From the NCBI GenBank assembly GCA_021814805.1, contig JAKAHT010000001.1, forward strand, positions 29,027 through 67,297: a stretch of DNA of 38,271 nucleotides, given 5' to 3'. The notes under the pieces are model-generated. The model ran no database searches. It saw only the letters and a program-made list of their open reading frames with translations, and was not told the origin of the DNA. The DNA comes from a bacterium. GTDB lineage: Bacteria; Patescibacteriota; Minisyncoccia; UBA6257; GWB1-50-10. Each line of letters opens with the position of its first letter. Position 1 is the stretch's first letter. Of this stretch, positions 30,727-38,271 are shown in pieces. Both the position numbers and the translations under genes were made by a program.

Positions 30727-32324
30727 TTTATGACTCTAACCTCTGCTATGGACCATTTTTCAACGTTATTGAATAAATCGCGAGGGGATTTCAAATTGCT
30801 CAAATCAAAGCCCCTTAATTCATTTGAGTGTATGTAGAAGTAGGGCAGTGAAAATAAGAAGGCTGCTGGATTGTCGTTTTTGATTATGCTTCCTAATGCG
30901 GAAAGCATGGTTTGTCTCGTAGTCTCGTCGGAGGTCCCTCTTATTTGCTCCATTAAATTATCGGCTTTCTGATTTTGATAACCGGCAAGATTGAGACCCG
31001 GGTACATTTTTTGGGAAGAATGCCAGAAAGGGAACAAATCTTCTTCATTTTGAAGGAAGTTGCCGAATAGAAGGACATCGTAATCCCTGGTTTTCAGGGG
31101 AGAGTTTATGGGGTCGTTCATATCAACAACTTGAACGTTTACGGTGTCTATGCCGATGGACTGCCAATCGTTCTTTATCATGTCGGCTGTCTTTTTTAGG
31201 AAGTCAACGTCAGGCACCGATATTGTTACGGTTATCTGTGAATTCTTATTTTTCGACTTGTATTGGGAAATCAAGGCCGAGGCTGAAGTCGGGTCGTAGG
31301 TCGAAGAAGAATTATCTTCTCCTATGACCGGACTTTTCACTTCGCTGCCCTCATTCCCGAGAATCTGGGATATTATGGCCGATCTGTCTATTCCCAAGGA
31401 AAGAGCCTCTCTTATATTAGGATCCTTGAGAACTGGATTGGTATTTTGATTGAAAAAAACGGCGTAATAATCGGGCATGGATATTTTTTCCGTGAGATAA
31501 CTTTTCAAAGATGACGTATCAAATCCTATTGGCCACATTGAGTCATAGCCATTTATTTCGTGAAGTTCCAGGGCTTTATACACGTCGCTTGTGCTTTCAA
31601 AAAATCTGAAATAAAAATCCGGTATATAGGGTTTGTCTCCCGAAAAATAAGGATTGGGTATTAAGTGATAAGAAGTTATAAAACCGTCTTTTCTTTTTGA
31701 AAAATCCTTGAATTCATACGGACCGCTGCCCACCGGTTGGAGTTTGTATTCGGAAAGCGAAAAATTTTCTATGGGTATTGAACCGTAAATATGTTCCGGT
31801 ATCACGGGAAGATTTTTGAGATTGCCGATGAAAAATTCGTTTGGATTAAGAAGGGTTAATTTGATCTGTATTTTACTGACTCTTTCTGCTGATACTCCCT
31901 GCCAGCTTCCGTAAAAAGGCGAATGAGAATTGTAGTCTTCCGCTGTGTTTATGGTAAAGATGACGTCATCGCTTGTTAGATCCTCCCCGTCGCTCCATTT
32001 GAGGCCATCCTTTAGCTCCAGTGTATAAGTTTTGCCATCGGGGCTTACGCTCCAGGTCTGAAGCAAGTTATAAAGCGGTAGATATATAAGAGAGCTTATT
32101 TCTCCGTCGGCCTGATTTTTTGATAATATCGGGTTGACGTTTATGGGTTGTCCGATAATCCCTTCCGTGTAGGAGCCGCCCGGTATCGAAACGAATGTGC
32201 CGTCTTCTTTTATTATGAGATAAACAAGCGCTATCAAGGCCAAGACTAGAACTAAAATACCTCCCAAAAACATTTTCTTTTCATTGGGAGAAAACTTTTG
32301 AAATAGTGTGTTTAATAAAGACAT
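30723..32324 (-). CDS. ABC-transporter substrate-binding protein, family 5 (peptide/nickel type), membrane-anchored
   Basis: 533 aa. An N-terminal TM helix (MFLGGILVLVLALIALVYLII) is followed by the SBP_bac_5-like pattern (KWSDGEDLTSDDVIF). No permease or ATPase genes are adjacent. Confidence 0.75.
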   Translation of the reverse strand: MSLLNTLFQKFSPNEKKMFLGGILVLVLALIALVYLIIKEDGTFVSIPGGSYTEGIIGQPINVNPILSKNQADGEISSLIYLPLYNLLQTWSVSPDGKTYTLELKDGLKWSDGEDLTSDDVIFTINTAEDYNSHSPFYGSWQGVSAERVSKIQIKLTLLNPNEFFIGNLKNLPVIPEHIYGSIPIENFSLSEYKLQPVGSGPYEFKDFSKRKDGFITSYHLIPNPYFSGDKPYIPDFYFRFFESTSDVYKALELHEINGYDSMWPIGFDTSSLKSYLTEKISMPDYYAVFFNQNTNPVLKDPNIREALSLGIDRSAIISQILGNEGSEVKSPVIGEDNSSSTYDPTSASALISQYKSKNKNSQITVTISVPDVDFLKKTADMIKNDWQSIGIDTVNVQVVDMNDPINSPLKTRDYDVLLFGNFLQNEEDLFPFWHSSQKMYPGLNLAGYQNQKADNLMEQIRGTSDETTRQTMLSALGSIIKNDNPAAFLFSLPYFYIHSNELRGFDLSNLKSPRDLFNNVEKWSIAEVRVIK

Positions 32325-32531
32325 TCAGAGCAGGTTAGCTATGGCGAGTCCTGCAAAAATAGCAGCAAAAACTATAGTCAAATAAAATACGCTCTTTTCC
32401 AGACCTCTCCTTGTTTGATAAGGCGTCGCTCCCTGGCCGCCGAAAACTCCTGAAATCCCACTGGCCCTTTCTTGTATTATGACCAAGACGATAAGTATTA
32501 TCGAAACTATTATTTGTAGTATTAAGATCAT
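32325..32531 (-). CDS. secG: preprotein translocase subunit SecG
   Basis: 68 aa with two TM helices. The IQERASGISGVFGGQG loop is typical of SecG. Confidence 0.8.
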   Translation of the reverse strand: MILILQIIVSIILIVLVIIQERASGISGVFGGQGATPYQTRRGLEKSVFYLTIVFAAIFAGLAIANLL

Positions 32532-32890
32532 TTTTTATATTCCAGTTTTGCTGATGAGCCTATAAGGAAGTTGACGAAGCTGATTATGAGGGTAGCTATT
32601 ATAAGCTCTTCCAATCCTTGAATTGTAATTGCTTGAGAAAGTATGTCAAGGACATAGATAAGTATGGCGTTTATAACCAAGGTAAAAAGGCCGAAGGTAA
32701 GAAGTATAATTGGCCCGGTTATAAGTTTTATAATAGGTTTCAATATTATATTTATGACGGTGAGTATGAGAGCTGCTAATCCGAGAGATTTTAAATCACC
32801 GGAAAAAAATCCAGGCAAGAAATAGTTGGTTATGAGTATAGCGACGGCGTTTACAAATATGTGGAATATGAACTTGGCTATGAGTCTCAT
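32528..32890 (-). CDS. phage holin family IV / DUF360-type 4-TM membrane protein
   Basis: 120 aa. The LPGF..., ..N..LKPI..L.T.P...LT.GLF.LV.NA pattern is characteristic of the YvlD/DUF360 family. Confidence 0.6.
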   Translation of the reverse strand: MRLIAKFIFHIFVNAVAILITNYFLPGFFSGDLKSLGLAALILTVINIILKPIIKLITGPIILLTFGLFTLVINAILIYVLDILSQAITIQGLEELIIATLIISFVNFLIGSSAKLEYKK

Positions 32891-33510
32891 TGTCCCAGTG
32901 ATTTGTTGAAATCGCTTATTTTTTGGTTAAGAGTTTGATTTAATGTGTTTATTGAATCAACCTTCTCGTTTATTGAGGCTAAGCTTGCTTTTATTTCGTT
33001 TTCAATGGCCGGGGTGTCGTTCGGAATCGAGGAGGACAGAAGGTCCAAAAAATTACCCATGAGTTTCGTGTAGTCCATAAACTCATTGGTCAAGGATATT
33101 TCGTCTGAAATGGCCTCGGATAGTATTTTCTGATCACCGGGCACCGCGGCGTTTCCTATCGATTGAGAAAACTTTTGAAGCCCGTCGGATAATGATTTGG
33201 CTTTATCGTACGACAGAGAATTGGTATCCTTGGCGGTTTTTATGAGAGCTAAAGTCTTTCCGGTGTCGCTCGTCTTTCTGGATTCTTGTATGGCTCTTAT
33301 TTCGTCTGACATTTTGCTATTGAGGCCGGCTATGTCCTCACTTATTTGAGAGAGGCCCTGCCGGGCTTCTAAAATATTTTGGGAGGCTTCTTGGTTTTTT
33401 TGACTGGCTGTTGCGTAATAAACCGAAGAAGCCGCTATGATGAGCACTGGCAGTATGACGAAAATAAGCTGCTTTTGTACTTTATTGTCGTTGTTTTTGC
33501 GTTTAAACAT
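32887..33510 (-). CDS. hypothetical membrane-anchored helical protein
   Basis: 207 aa with one N-terminal TM (LIFVILPVLIIAASSVYYA). The remainder is Ser/Asn/Gln-rich and helical. It is the first gene of the minus-strand operon. Confidence 0.5.
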   Translation of the reverse strand: MFKRKNNDNKVQKQLIFVILPVLIIAASSVYYATASQKNQEASQNILEARQGLSQISEDIAGLNSKMSDEIRAIQESRKTSDTGKTLALIKTAKDTNSLSYDKAKSLSDGLQKFSQSIGNAAVPGDQKILSEAISDEISLTNEFMDYTKLMGNFLDLLSSSIPNDTPAIENEIKASLASINEKVDSINTLNQTLNQKISDFNKSLGQ

Positions 33511-33558
33511 CGTAAGTTCCCAATAATATTATCACGTGTTTCTGTTTTTTAGAAGTTC

Positions 33559-33587
33559 TTGATATATGGTACGTTTTAAGTTAATAT
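33559..33587 (+). promoter_or_regulatory. sigma70-type promoter for tRNA-Gly: TTGATA-17-TAATAT
   Basis: TTGATA at 33559-33564, a 17-nt spacer, TAATAT at 33582-33587. The tRNA begins at 33609. Confidence 0.55.
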
Positions 33588-33608
33588 TTCTTTCTGTATA
33601 AGGAACTG

Positions 33609-33679
33609 GCGGGATTAGTTTAATGGTAGAACGCGAGCCTTCCAAGTTTGAGGCACCGGTTCGATTCCGGTATCCCGCA
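33609..33679 (+). tRNA. tRNA-Gly (anticodon UCC)
   Basis: GCGGGAT-TA-GTTT-AATGGTA-GAAC-G-CGAGC-CTTCCAA-GTTTG-AGGC-ACCGG-TTCGATT-CCGGT-ATCCCGC-A. 71 nt. CCA is not encoded. Confidence 0.93.
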
Positions 33680-33808
33680 CAAAAGATTTATGTTTTAGTT
33701 TTGACTGCCTTATCGGTAGCTGTTACCATGATTTTAACGGCCGTTACAGCTTGTTACACAGCCCGAAAAGGGGTGAGAAACAAAACATAAAAACTATCGT
33801 TTTAAATT

Positions 33809-34369
33809 ATGGAGGACGAAAAGCTCCTTAAAAGAGCCAAAAAAGGTGAAAGTGCTGCTTTCGGTCAGATATATGATAAATACGCCCCGAGCATATACAG
33901 ATTTATATTCTTGAAACTCGGAGGTAAAAAAGGAGAAACCGAGGATTTGACCCACGAAGTGTTCTTGAGTGTTTGGAAGAACATTGAAAGTTTTGACATA
34001 AGGGGCGTTCCGTTCTCGAGCTACCTTTATAAGGTGGCGAGAAATGCTGTTATAGATTACTGGAGGACCAAAAAACAGACTTTTGATATAGAAAATGTTT
34101 CGGAAGATTTTTTCTCCGAGGACCCCGATCTGGAGGGAAAAATTGACTTGAGTTCTAATGTTGAGCTCGTGAAGAAATGTATCGCCTTCCTCGATCCGTC
34201 ATACCAAGACGTCCTCTTGCTGAAATTTGTTGAAGATTTGTCCAATAAAGAAATAGGGGAGATGCTAAAGAAGACAGAAGGAGCAGTGAGAGTTATTCAA
34301 CACCGAGCATTGAAACAGCTTAAAAATGAGATAGAAAAACATGAATCAAGATTTGATAAGACAACTTAA
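33809..34369 (+). CDS. ECF-type RNA polymerase sigma factor (sigma-70 family, regions 2 and 4)
   Basis: 186 aa. AFGQIYDKYAPSIYRFIFLKLG..ETEDLTHEVFLSVW is region 2. LSNKEIGEMLKKTEGAVRVIQHRALKQL is the region 4 helix-turn-helix. Confidence 0.9.
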   Translation: MEDEKLLKRAKKGESAAFGQIYDKYAPSIYRFIFLKLGGKKGETEDLTHEVFLSVWKNIESFDIRGVPFSSYLYKVARNAVIDYWRTKKQTFDIENVSEDFFSEDPDLEGKIDLSSNVELVKKCIAFLDPSYQDVLLLKFVEDLSNKEIGEMLKKTEGAVRVIQHRALKQLKNEIEKHESRFDKTT

Positions 34370-34805
34370 AAGTTTGAGGAACATAGAGCCCGATGCCGGA
34401 TTTTTAAGAAAAAGCCGGGCTGTTATAGTTTCTCATGAGAAACAAAAGAAATTTGGTTTCGGCTCGTATTTAGCTGCTTGGTCCGTTTCTTTTGCTTTGG
34501 TTTTCCTCATAATTTTAGGTTATGTATTTTTACCGGTTAAAAATGAACAGATACCCGTGGCGAGTGCCGAAACGCTGCATAATGAACTTGATAATATGAA
34601 TGTGAACATAACCTTGAAGGAAATAAGTTACAATACCGAAGTCAATCAAACTATAGACAACACTCTTTCCGAAATAGTTACAAATAAAGCCTCGCATTTG
34701 AATGCGGGTATATTGGAATCGGAAAGCTCTGGGCTTGCCGGTCAGGGTACGACTACTTCCCAAAGTCACCAAATAAACCAATTACTGGATCAAGTTCTGC
34801 AATAA
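34341..34805 (+). CDS. putative anti-sigma factor (single-pass membrane protein)
   Basis: It overlaps the sigma gene by 29 nt. A single TM helix (YLAAWSVSFALVFLIILGYVFLPV) follows a short cytoplasmic N-terminus. The call rests on position only. Confidence 0.4.
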   Translation: MNQDLIRQLKSLRNIEPDAGFLRKSRAVIVSHEKQKKFGFGSYLAAWSVSFALVFLIILGYVFLPVKNEQIPVASAETLHNELDNMNVNITLKEISYNTEVNQTIDNTLSEIVTNKASHLNAGILESESSGLAGQGTTTSQSHQINQLLDQVLQ

Positions 34806-35725
34806 TGACCAAAAAATTATTAATAATTACAGCTGTGGCTTTCGTGGCCCTCATGGGGTCTTCAAGGCCGGTTTTTGCTGATGATGGCGGTGCCGTAAAT
34901 CAGGTTTTTCAAAGCGCCAAGGATGCCTTGGACAGTTTGGTCACAGCCAAAGATGAGGGAAATGCCAATGACGTGACTTTGAGAATAAACGCCTTCGAGC
35001 AGGTTTTGGATTTGTCGACGTCGGAAGCCAAGGATTTAGAATTAAAACTTCTGACAGCCGACAAGAACCCCGATTATGATATTTGGGTTAAAAGTGCCGT
35101 GAGCGGTTTAACTGAAGCTCTGGTATATTATGACTCCGAAAGGCAGCTTGTATCATCGAGTTCTTCGCTCGATGTGGCTGGTATCAAGGCTATAGCGGAA
35201 GATTTCAAAACGTGGAGAGACGACAAATATTTGCCTTTAGTTAATCAAATACAGGACTTTCTTTTGGTTAAACAAGAGTTTTCGGCCTTGGACACTTCCG
35301 AGAAACGCTTGAACAATATCACAAGTGATGTATCGTCCTTGAATCTTAAAACCAAGGATAGAAAAACAATAAATGATTTTTTGAATGTGGCTAAAGGCGA
35401 TATAAAATCAGGACGCGATTTAAACAGTCAAGCTTATGAACTTTTCTTGACTAAATATGTGTCCGGACTTTCAGCCGCTTCTTCAACGACTAAAGATCAA
35501 ACATCAAATGCATCGTCTTCTGATTCCATTTCTTCGGTGACTTCCACCGAAATTTCCACTTCAACCATTGAAGCGACAAGTTCTAGTTCTACCGAAGCGG
35601 CCGCCGGAGAGGCACCTCAAGAAGTATCAGTAAAGGATCTGGTGAATTCTTCTTTGATGAAAATCAAGGATGCCTACCGGAACTTTATTGGTATAAGTAA
35701 CTTGGTGAGGAAGTTACTTCAGTAA
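34805..35725 (+). CDS. secreted hypothetical protein with a Ser/Thr-rich C-terminal region
   Basis: Signal peptide MTKKLLIITAVAFVALMGSSRPVFA-DD. TAATG overlap with the upstream gene. A low-complexity S/T tract lies near the C-terminus. Confidence 0.5.
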   Translation: MTKKLLIITAVAFVALMGSSRPVFADDGGAVNQVFQSAKDALDSLVTAKDEGNANDVTLRINAFEQVLDLSTSEAKDLELKLLTADKNPDYDIWVKSAVSGLTEALVYYDSERQLVSSSSSLDVAGIKAIAEDFKTWRDDKYLPLVNQIQDFLLVKQEFSALDTSEKRLNNITSDVSSLNLKTKDRKTINDFLNVAKGDIKSGRDLNSQAYELFLTKYVSGLSAASSTTKDQTSNASSSDSISSVTSTEISTSTIEATSSSSTEAAAGEAPQEVSVKDLVNSSLMKIKDAYRNFIGISNLVRKLLQ

Positions 35726-35745
35726 ATGTAAAATAAATATAAAGC

Positions 35746-35772
35746 AAAAAACTCCCCTTGGGGGAGTTTTTT
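35746..35772. terminator. bidirectional rho-independent terminator
   Basis: AAAAAACTCCCC-TTG-GGGGAGTTTTTT is a perfect 12-bp palindromic hairpin between convergent genes. Confidence 0.85.
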
Positions 35773-35802
35773 GTTAAGAAGTCTTCTCAAAACAAGAAGC
35801 CG

Positions 35803-36078
35803 TTATTTGACCGCTTCTTTCAAGAGCTTGCCGGCTCTGAATTTGGGTTTGGTTGAAGCCGGTATTTGTATCTTTTCTCCAGTTTTGGGGTTTACTCCCA
35901 TTCTGGCGGCTCTTTTCGCTACTCTGAAAGTACCAAAACCAGCTATGGCAACTTCATCTCCTTTCGACAGCGCTTTGACTATTGTGTCAAAAACGGCATC
36001 TACGGCCTGCTGGGCTTGTTTCTTCGTTTCTGTATTGGCTGCTTTTATGACAGCTTCTACGAGTCCGTCTTTCTTCAT
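35803..36078 (-). CDS. hup: DNA-binding protein HU
   Basis: 91 aa. GFGTFRVAKRAARMGVNPKTGEKIQIPASTKPKFRAGK is the canonical HU arm. On the minus strand, TGgTATAAT (an extended -10) lies about 40 nt upstream. Confidence 0.95.
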   Translation of the reverse strand: MKKDGLVEAVIKAANTETKKQAQQAVDAVFDTIVKALSKGDEVAIAGFGTFRVAKRAARMGVNPKTGEKIQIPASTKPKFRAGKLLKEAVK

Positions 36079-36213
36079 TGTGGTTTTGAATTTAGCGACC
36101 TTTTGTTTTTCTTGAAAACATTATACCAAATCTATCCCTCTATTACTACATTATTAACATTTTCTCAAAAAGGAAGTGTCGCGTACGTCTTGAAGGGGCT
36201 TGCGCCGTTCTCT

Positions 36214-37731
36214 CTATCTCGCGTATTCCACTGCTCTCACTTCTCGTATTACGGTTACCTTAATTTCTCCCGGATATTGAACATCGGATTGGATTTTATT
36301 GGATATTTTCTTGGCTAACTCCAGAGCTCCGAAGTCGTCTATTTTTTCCGGCACTACGAAAACCCTGACCTCGCGGCCGGCGGAAACGGCATAGGATTGC
36401 TTCACTCCTTCAAAGCTTCCCACCACTTTCTCGATATCTTCCAATCTTTTTATGTATTTTTCGAGCGTATCGCGTCTTGCTCCGGGTCTCGCGGCTGATA
36501 TGATGTCGGCGGCGGCCACTATATACGATTCCGGTGAAGAGTAAGGGTATTCCTCGTGATGTGATTCCATCGCCTGGATCACCTTGTCGTCGATGTTATA
36601 CTTTTTCAGGAGTTTTCTTCCTATTTCGACGTGTGTACCTTCCACTTCGTGGTCTATCGCTTTGCCTATATCATGAAGTAGAGCTCCCTTTTTTGCTATA
36701 TCAACATTCAAATGGAGTTCTTGGGCCATTATGCCTGATATGTGCGCCATTTCTATGGAGTGGAGTAATACATTTTGGCCATAGCTGGTTCTGAAATTCA
36801 ATCTTCCGAGGAGGTAAGTGATTTCTTTAGGCAAATCCAAAACGCCCACTTCATAAGCCGCCTCATCTCCTATTTTTTGGATTCTTTGTTCTAACTCTTG
36901 TCTTGATTCTTCCACTTTTTCTTCTATCTTGGCCGGGTGAATCCTGCCGTCCTTTATGAGTTTCTCAAGTGCCATCCTGGCAAGTTCCCTCCTCAATGGA
37001 TCGAAAGAAGACAGGACAACGCTTTCCGGGGTTTCGTCCACTATAACTTCGACGCCGGTTAGTCTTTCAAATGATCTGATATTCCTTCCTTCTTTACCTA
37101 TTATTTTAGCCTTAAGATCCTCGTCGGGTAGATTTACCACGCTCGTCGTGACATCGGCTACTGCATTTCTGGAATATCTTTGGATGGCCGTGGTTATTAT
37201 TTCGTTGGCCTTAGATTCTACCTCATCTCTCTTCTCCTTTTCGAGCTTGGTTATGGAATTGGCTAAGTCTTGTCTGTATGAAGACTCTACTTCCTCGAAA
37301 ATAGCCTTCTTAGCTTCTTCTCTTGTGAGTCCCGAGACATGCTCGAGCTCGCTCAAGGCCTTTTGCTTGATTTCTTGTATATCGTTTTCCGCCTTCTTTA
37401 TTTCGCCCTCCTTAGTCTTAAGATATTTTTCTTCTCCTTCGAGATCTTTGAATTTTTGATCGAGCGAATCTTCGCGCTTGATGAGCCTGTCTTCAAGCTG
37501 TCTTAGTTCTTGTTTTCTTTCCTTTTCCTCTTTGTTTATTTCGGAAAGTATCGAAGAGGCTTTATCTTTAGCCTCGACGATTATTTCTTTAGCCTCTCTT
37601 TTTGCGGTTTCAAGTTCTGCTTCGGCTTTTTGCTCTATCGAGTTTTGTATTTTCTTCGCAACCGATAATCTTATTAAATAGCCTATTCCCAAGCCTAATA
37701 AACCGCCTGCTATCCAGGGGATTAAGTTCAT
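36214..37731 (-). CDS. rny: ribonuclease Y
   Basis: 505 aa. An N-terminal TM helix, a coiled coil, a KH domain (IIGKEGRNIRSFE) and an HD domain (LLHDIGKAIDHE). Confidence 0.95.
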   Translation of the reverse strand: MNLIPWIAGGLLGLGIGYLIRLSVAKKIQNSIEQKAEAELETAKREAKEIIVEAKDKASSILSEINKEEKERKQELRQLEDRLIKREDSLDQKFKDLEGEEKYLKTKEGEIKKAENDIQEIKQKALSELEHVSGLTREEAKKAIFEEVESSYRQDLANSITKLEKEKRDEVESKANEIITTAIQRYSRNAVADVTTSVVNLPDEDLKAKIIGKEGRNIRSFERLTGVEVIVDETPESVVLSSFDPLRRELARMALEKLIKDGRIHPAKIEEKVEESRQELEQRIQKIGDEAAYEVGVLDLPKEITYLLGRLNFRTSYGQNVLLHSIEMAHISGIMAQELHLNVDIAKKGALLHDIGKAIDHEVEGTHVEIGRKLLKKYNIDDKVIQAMESHHEEYPYSSPESYIVAAADIISAARPGARRDTLEKYIKRLEDIEKVVGSFEGVKQSYAVSAGREVRVFVVPEKIDDFGALELAKKISNKIQSDVQYPGEIKVTVIREVRAVEYAR

Positions 37732-37798
37732 ATGTCAAAAAATTTATTTTTTTAAGATTCATCGACTTTGGTACTTTGATTATATTAGAATTTAATTG

Positions 37799-38271
37799 AT
37801 GAAGCAAACAACTGTATTGGTGGTTTTGGATGGGTGGGGAATAGGTCCGATGGACGGTTCCAACCCCATCTATAGAAGTGAGCTTGCGACCATAAATTAT
37901 TTGCAGGCCAATTTTCCCTGCGGAGCTCTCCAAGCTTCGGGCATGTCGGTCGGTCTTCCTTATGATGAAGAGGGTAACAGCGAAGTGGGTCATATGACCA
38001 TGGGGGTCGGTCGGGTTTTTTGGGAGCATTTTCCAAGGATATCCCTTTCCATAAAATATAAAAATTTCTTCGAGAATAAAGCGATACTCCAGGCTTTTAA
38101 TTGGGCTAAAGAAAAGAAATCTGATTTGCACCTTGTGGGACTTTTAACCGAGGCTAATGTCCATTCTTCTCTTGAGGTTTTGGAGGCCTTAATCAAGATG
38201 GCCGGCGATCAAGGAGTGGAAAATTTTTATCTCCATATTTTTTCCGACGGGCGGGACAGTGCTCCGGAGTC
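37799..38271 (+). CDS. gpmI: 2,3-bisphosphoglycerate-independent phosphoglycerate mutase, N-terminal part (runs off the window)
   Basis: My translation reads MKQTTVLVVLDGWGIGP...NSEVGHMTMGVGRV...HLVGLLTEANVHSS...HIFSDGRDS, which are iPGM signatures. It is not in the ORF track because there is no stop in the window. The minus ORFs at 37610-38196 are shadows. Confidence 0.9.
   Translation, partial: MKQTTVLVVLDGWGIGPMDGSNPIYRSELATINYLQANFPCGALQASGMSVGLPYDEEGNSEVGHMTMGVGRVFWEHFPRISLSIKYKNFFENKAILQAFNWAKEKKSDLHLVGLLTEANVHSSLEVLEALIKMAGDQGVENFYLHIFSDGRDSAPE

Noticed and set aside
35771-36318. Plus-strand ORFs 35771-36115 and 35866-36318.
   Set aside because: They run antisense to the unmistakable HU gene and to the hup-rny spacer, and no motifs are present. 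They are shadow ORFs.
37610-38196. Three minus-strand ORFs (37610-38131, 37785-38036, 37990-38196).
   Set aside because: They run antisense to gpmI, whose plus-strand translation shows the iPGM signatures, and they overlap the rny promoter region. They are shadow ORFs.
1-38271. I looked for CRISPR repeats, IS or transposase ends, integrases, long direct or inverted repeats, prophage or defence-island content, and signs of an alternative genetic code (UGA recoding).
   Set aside because: I saw none by eye. All three stop codons terminate genes at family-typical lengths; for example, mutM ends at a TGA. The only repeats found are terminator hairpins, the trpS inverted repeat and the short GTTAC repeats. 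A computational repeat scan was not possible.

Overview
Gene-dense, AT-rich window. It reads like a small-genome bacterium, possibly of the Candidate Phyla Radiation / Patescibacteria type; that placement is an inference from gene content and compact style. The standard genetic code applies, since TAA, TAG and TGA all close well-formed genes. I found no CRISPR array, transposase, integrase or prophage signal. Almost everything is housekeeping. DNA repair and replication: polA, ruvB, ruvA, mutM, holA-like, hup. Translation: rpsT, the infC-rpmI-rplT operon, smpB-ssrA, argS, ileS, trpS, tsaE. Cell envelope: a murE-like ligase, murB, an O-antigen-ligase-family protein, a PilB/GspE ATPase, secG and an orphan family-5 substrate-binding protein. 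RNA decay: RNase J, RNase Y and a beta-CASP MBL nuclease. There is also a Clp/Hsp100 ATPase, a NUDIX hydrolase, PGI/PMI, gpmI and an ECF sigma cassette. The ORF track misses several things that I recovered by reading the sequence: polA (1-2360, minus, runs off the edge), gpmI (37799 to the end), rpmI (55 aa), the real non-AUG N-terminus of infC, three tRNAs (Arg-CCG, Leu-CAG, Gly-UCC), the tmRNA, and a promoter-driven structured small RNA between ruvB and pilB. The most unusual observation is that ileS (1179 aa) carries a complete histidine-phosphatase (PGAM-like) catalytic domain of about 200 aa, nested in-frame between the two halves of its zinc-binding Cys cluster. Other points worth a second look: (1) a membrane-anchored Clp/Hsp100 paralog with a dead D1 Walker B; (2) the smpB stop codon sharing a nucleotide with tmRNA G1; (3) a tRNA-Arg whose first 44 nt are also the end of a CDS; (4) an ArgRS lacking both HIGH histidines; (5) a 14-bp inverted repeat that sequesters the trpS start codon; (6) promoters placed so that ileS, ruvA and trpS would be leaderless. 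All homology calls come from motif recognition by eye. No database search was run.
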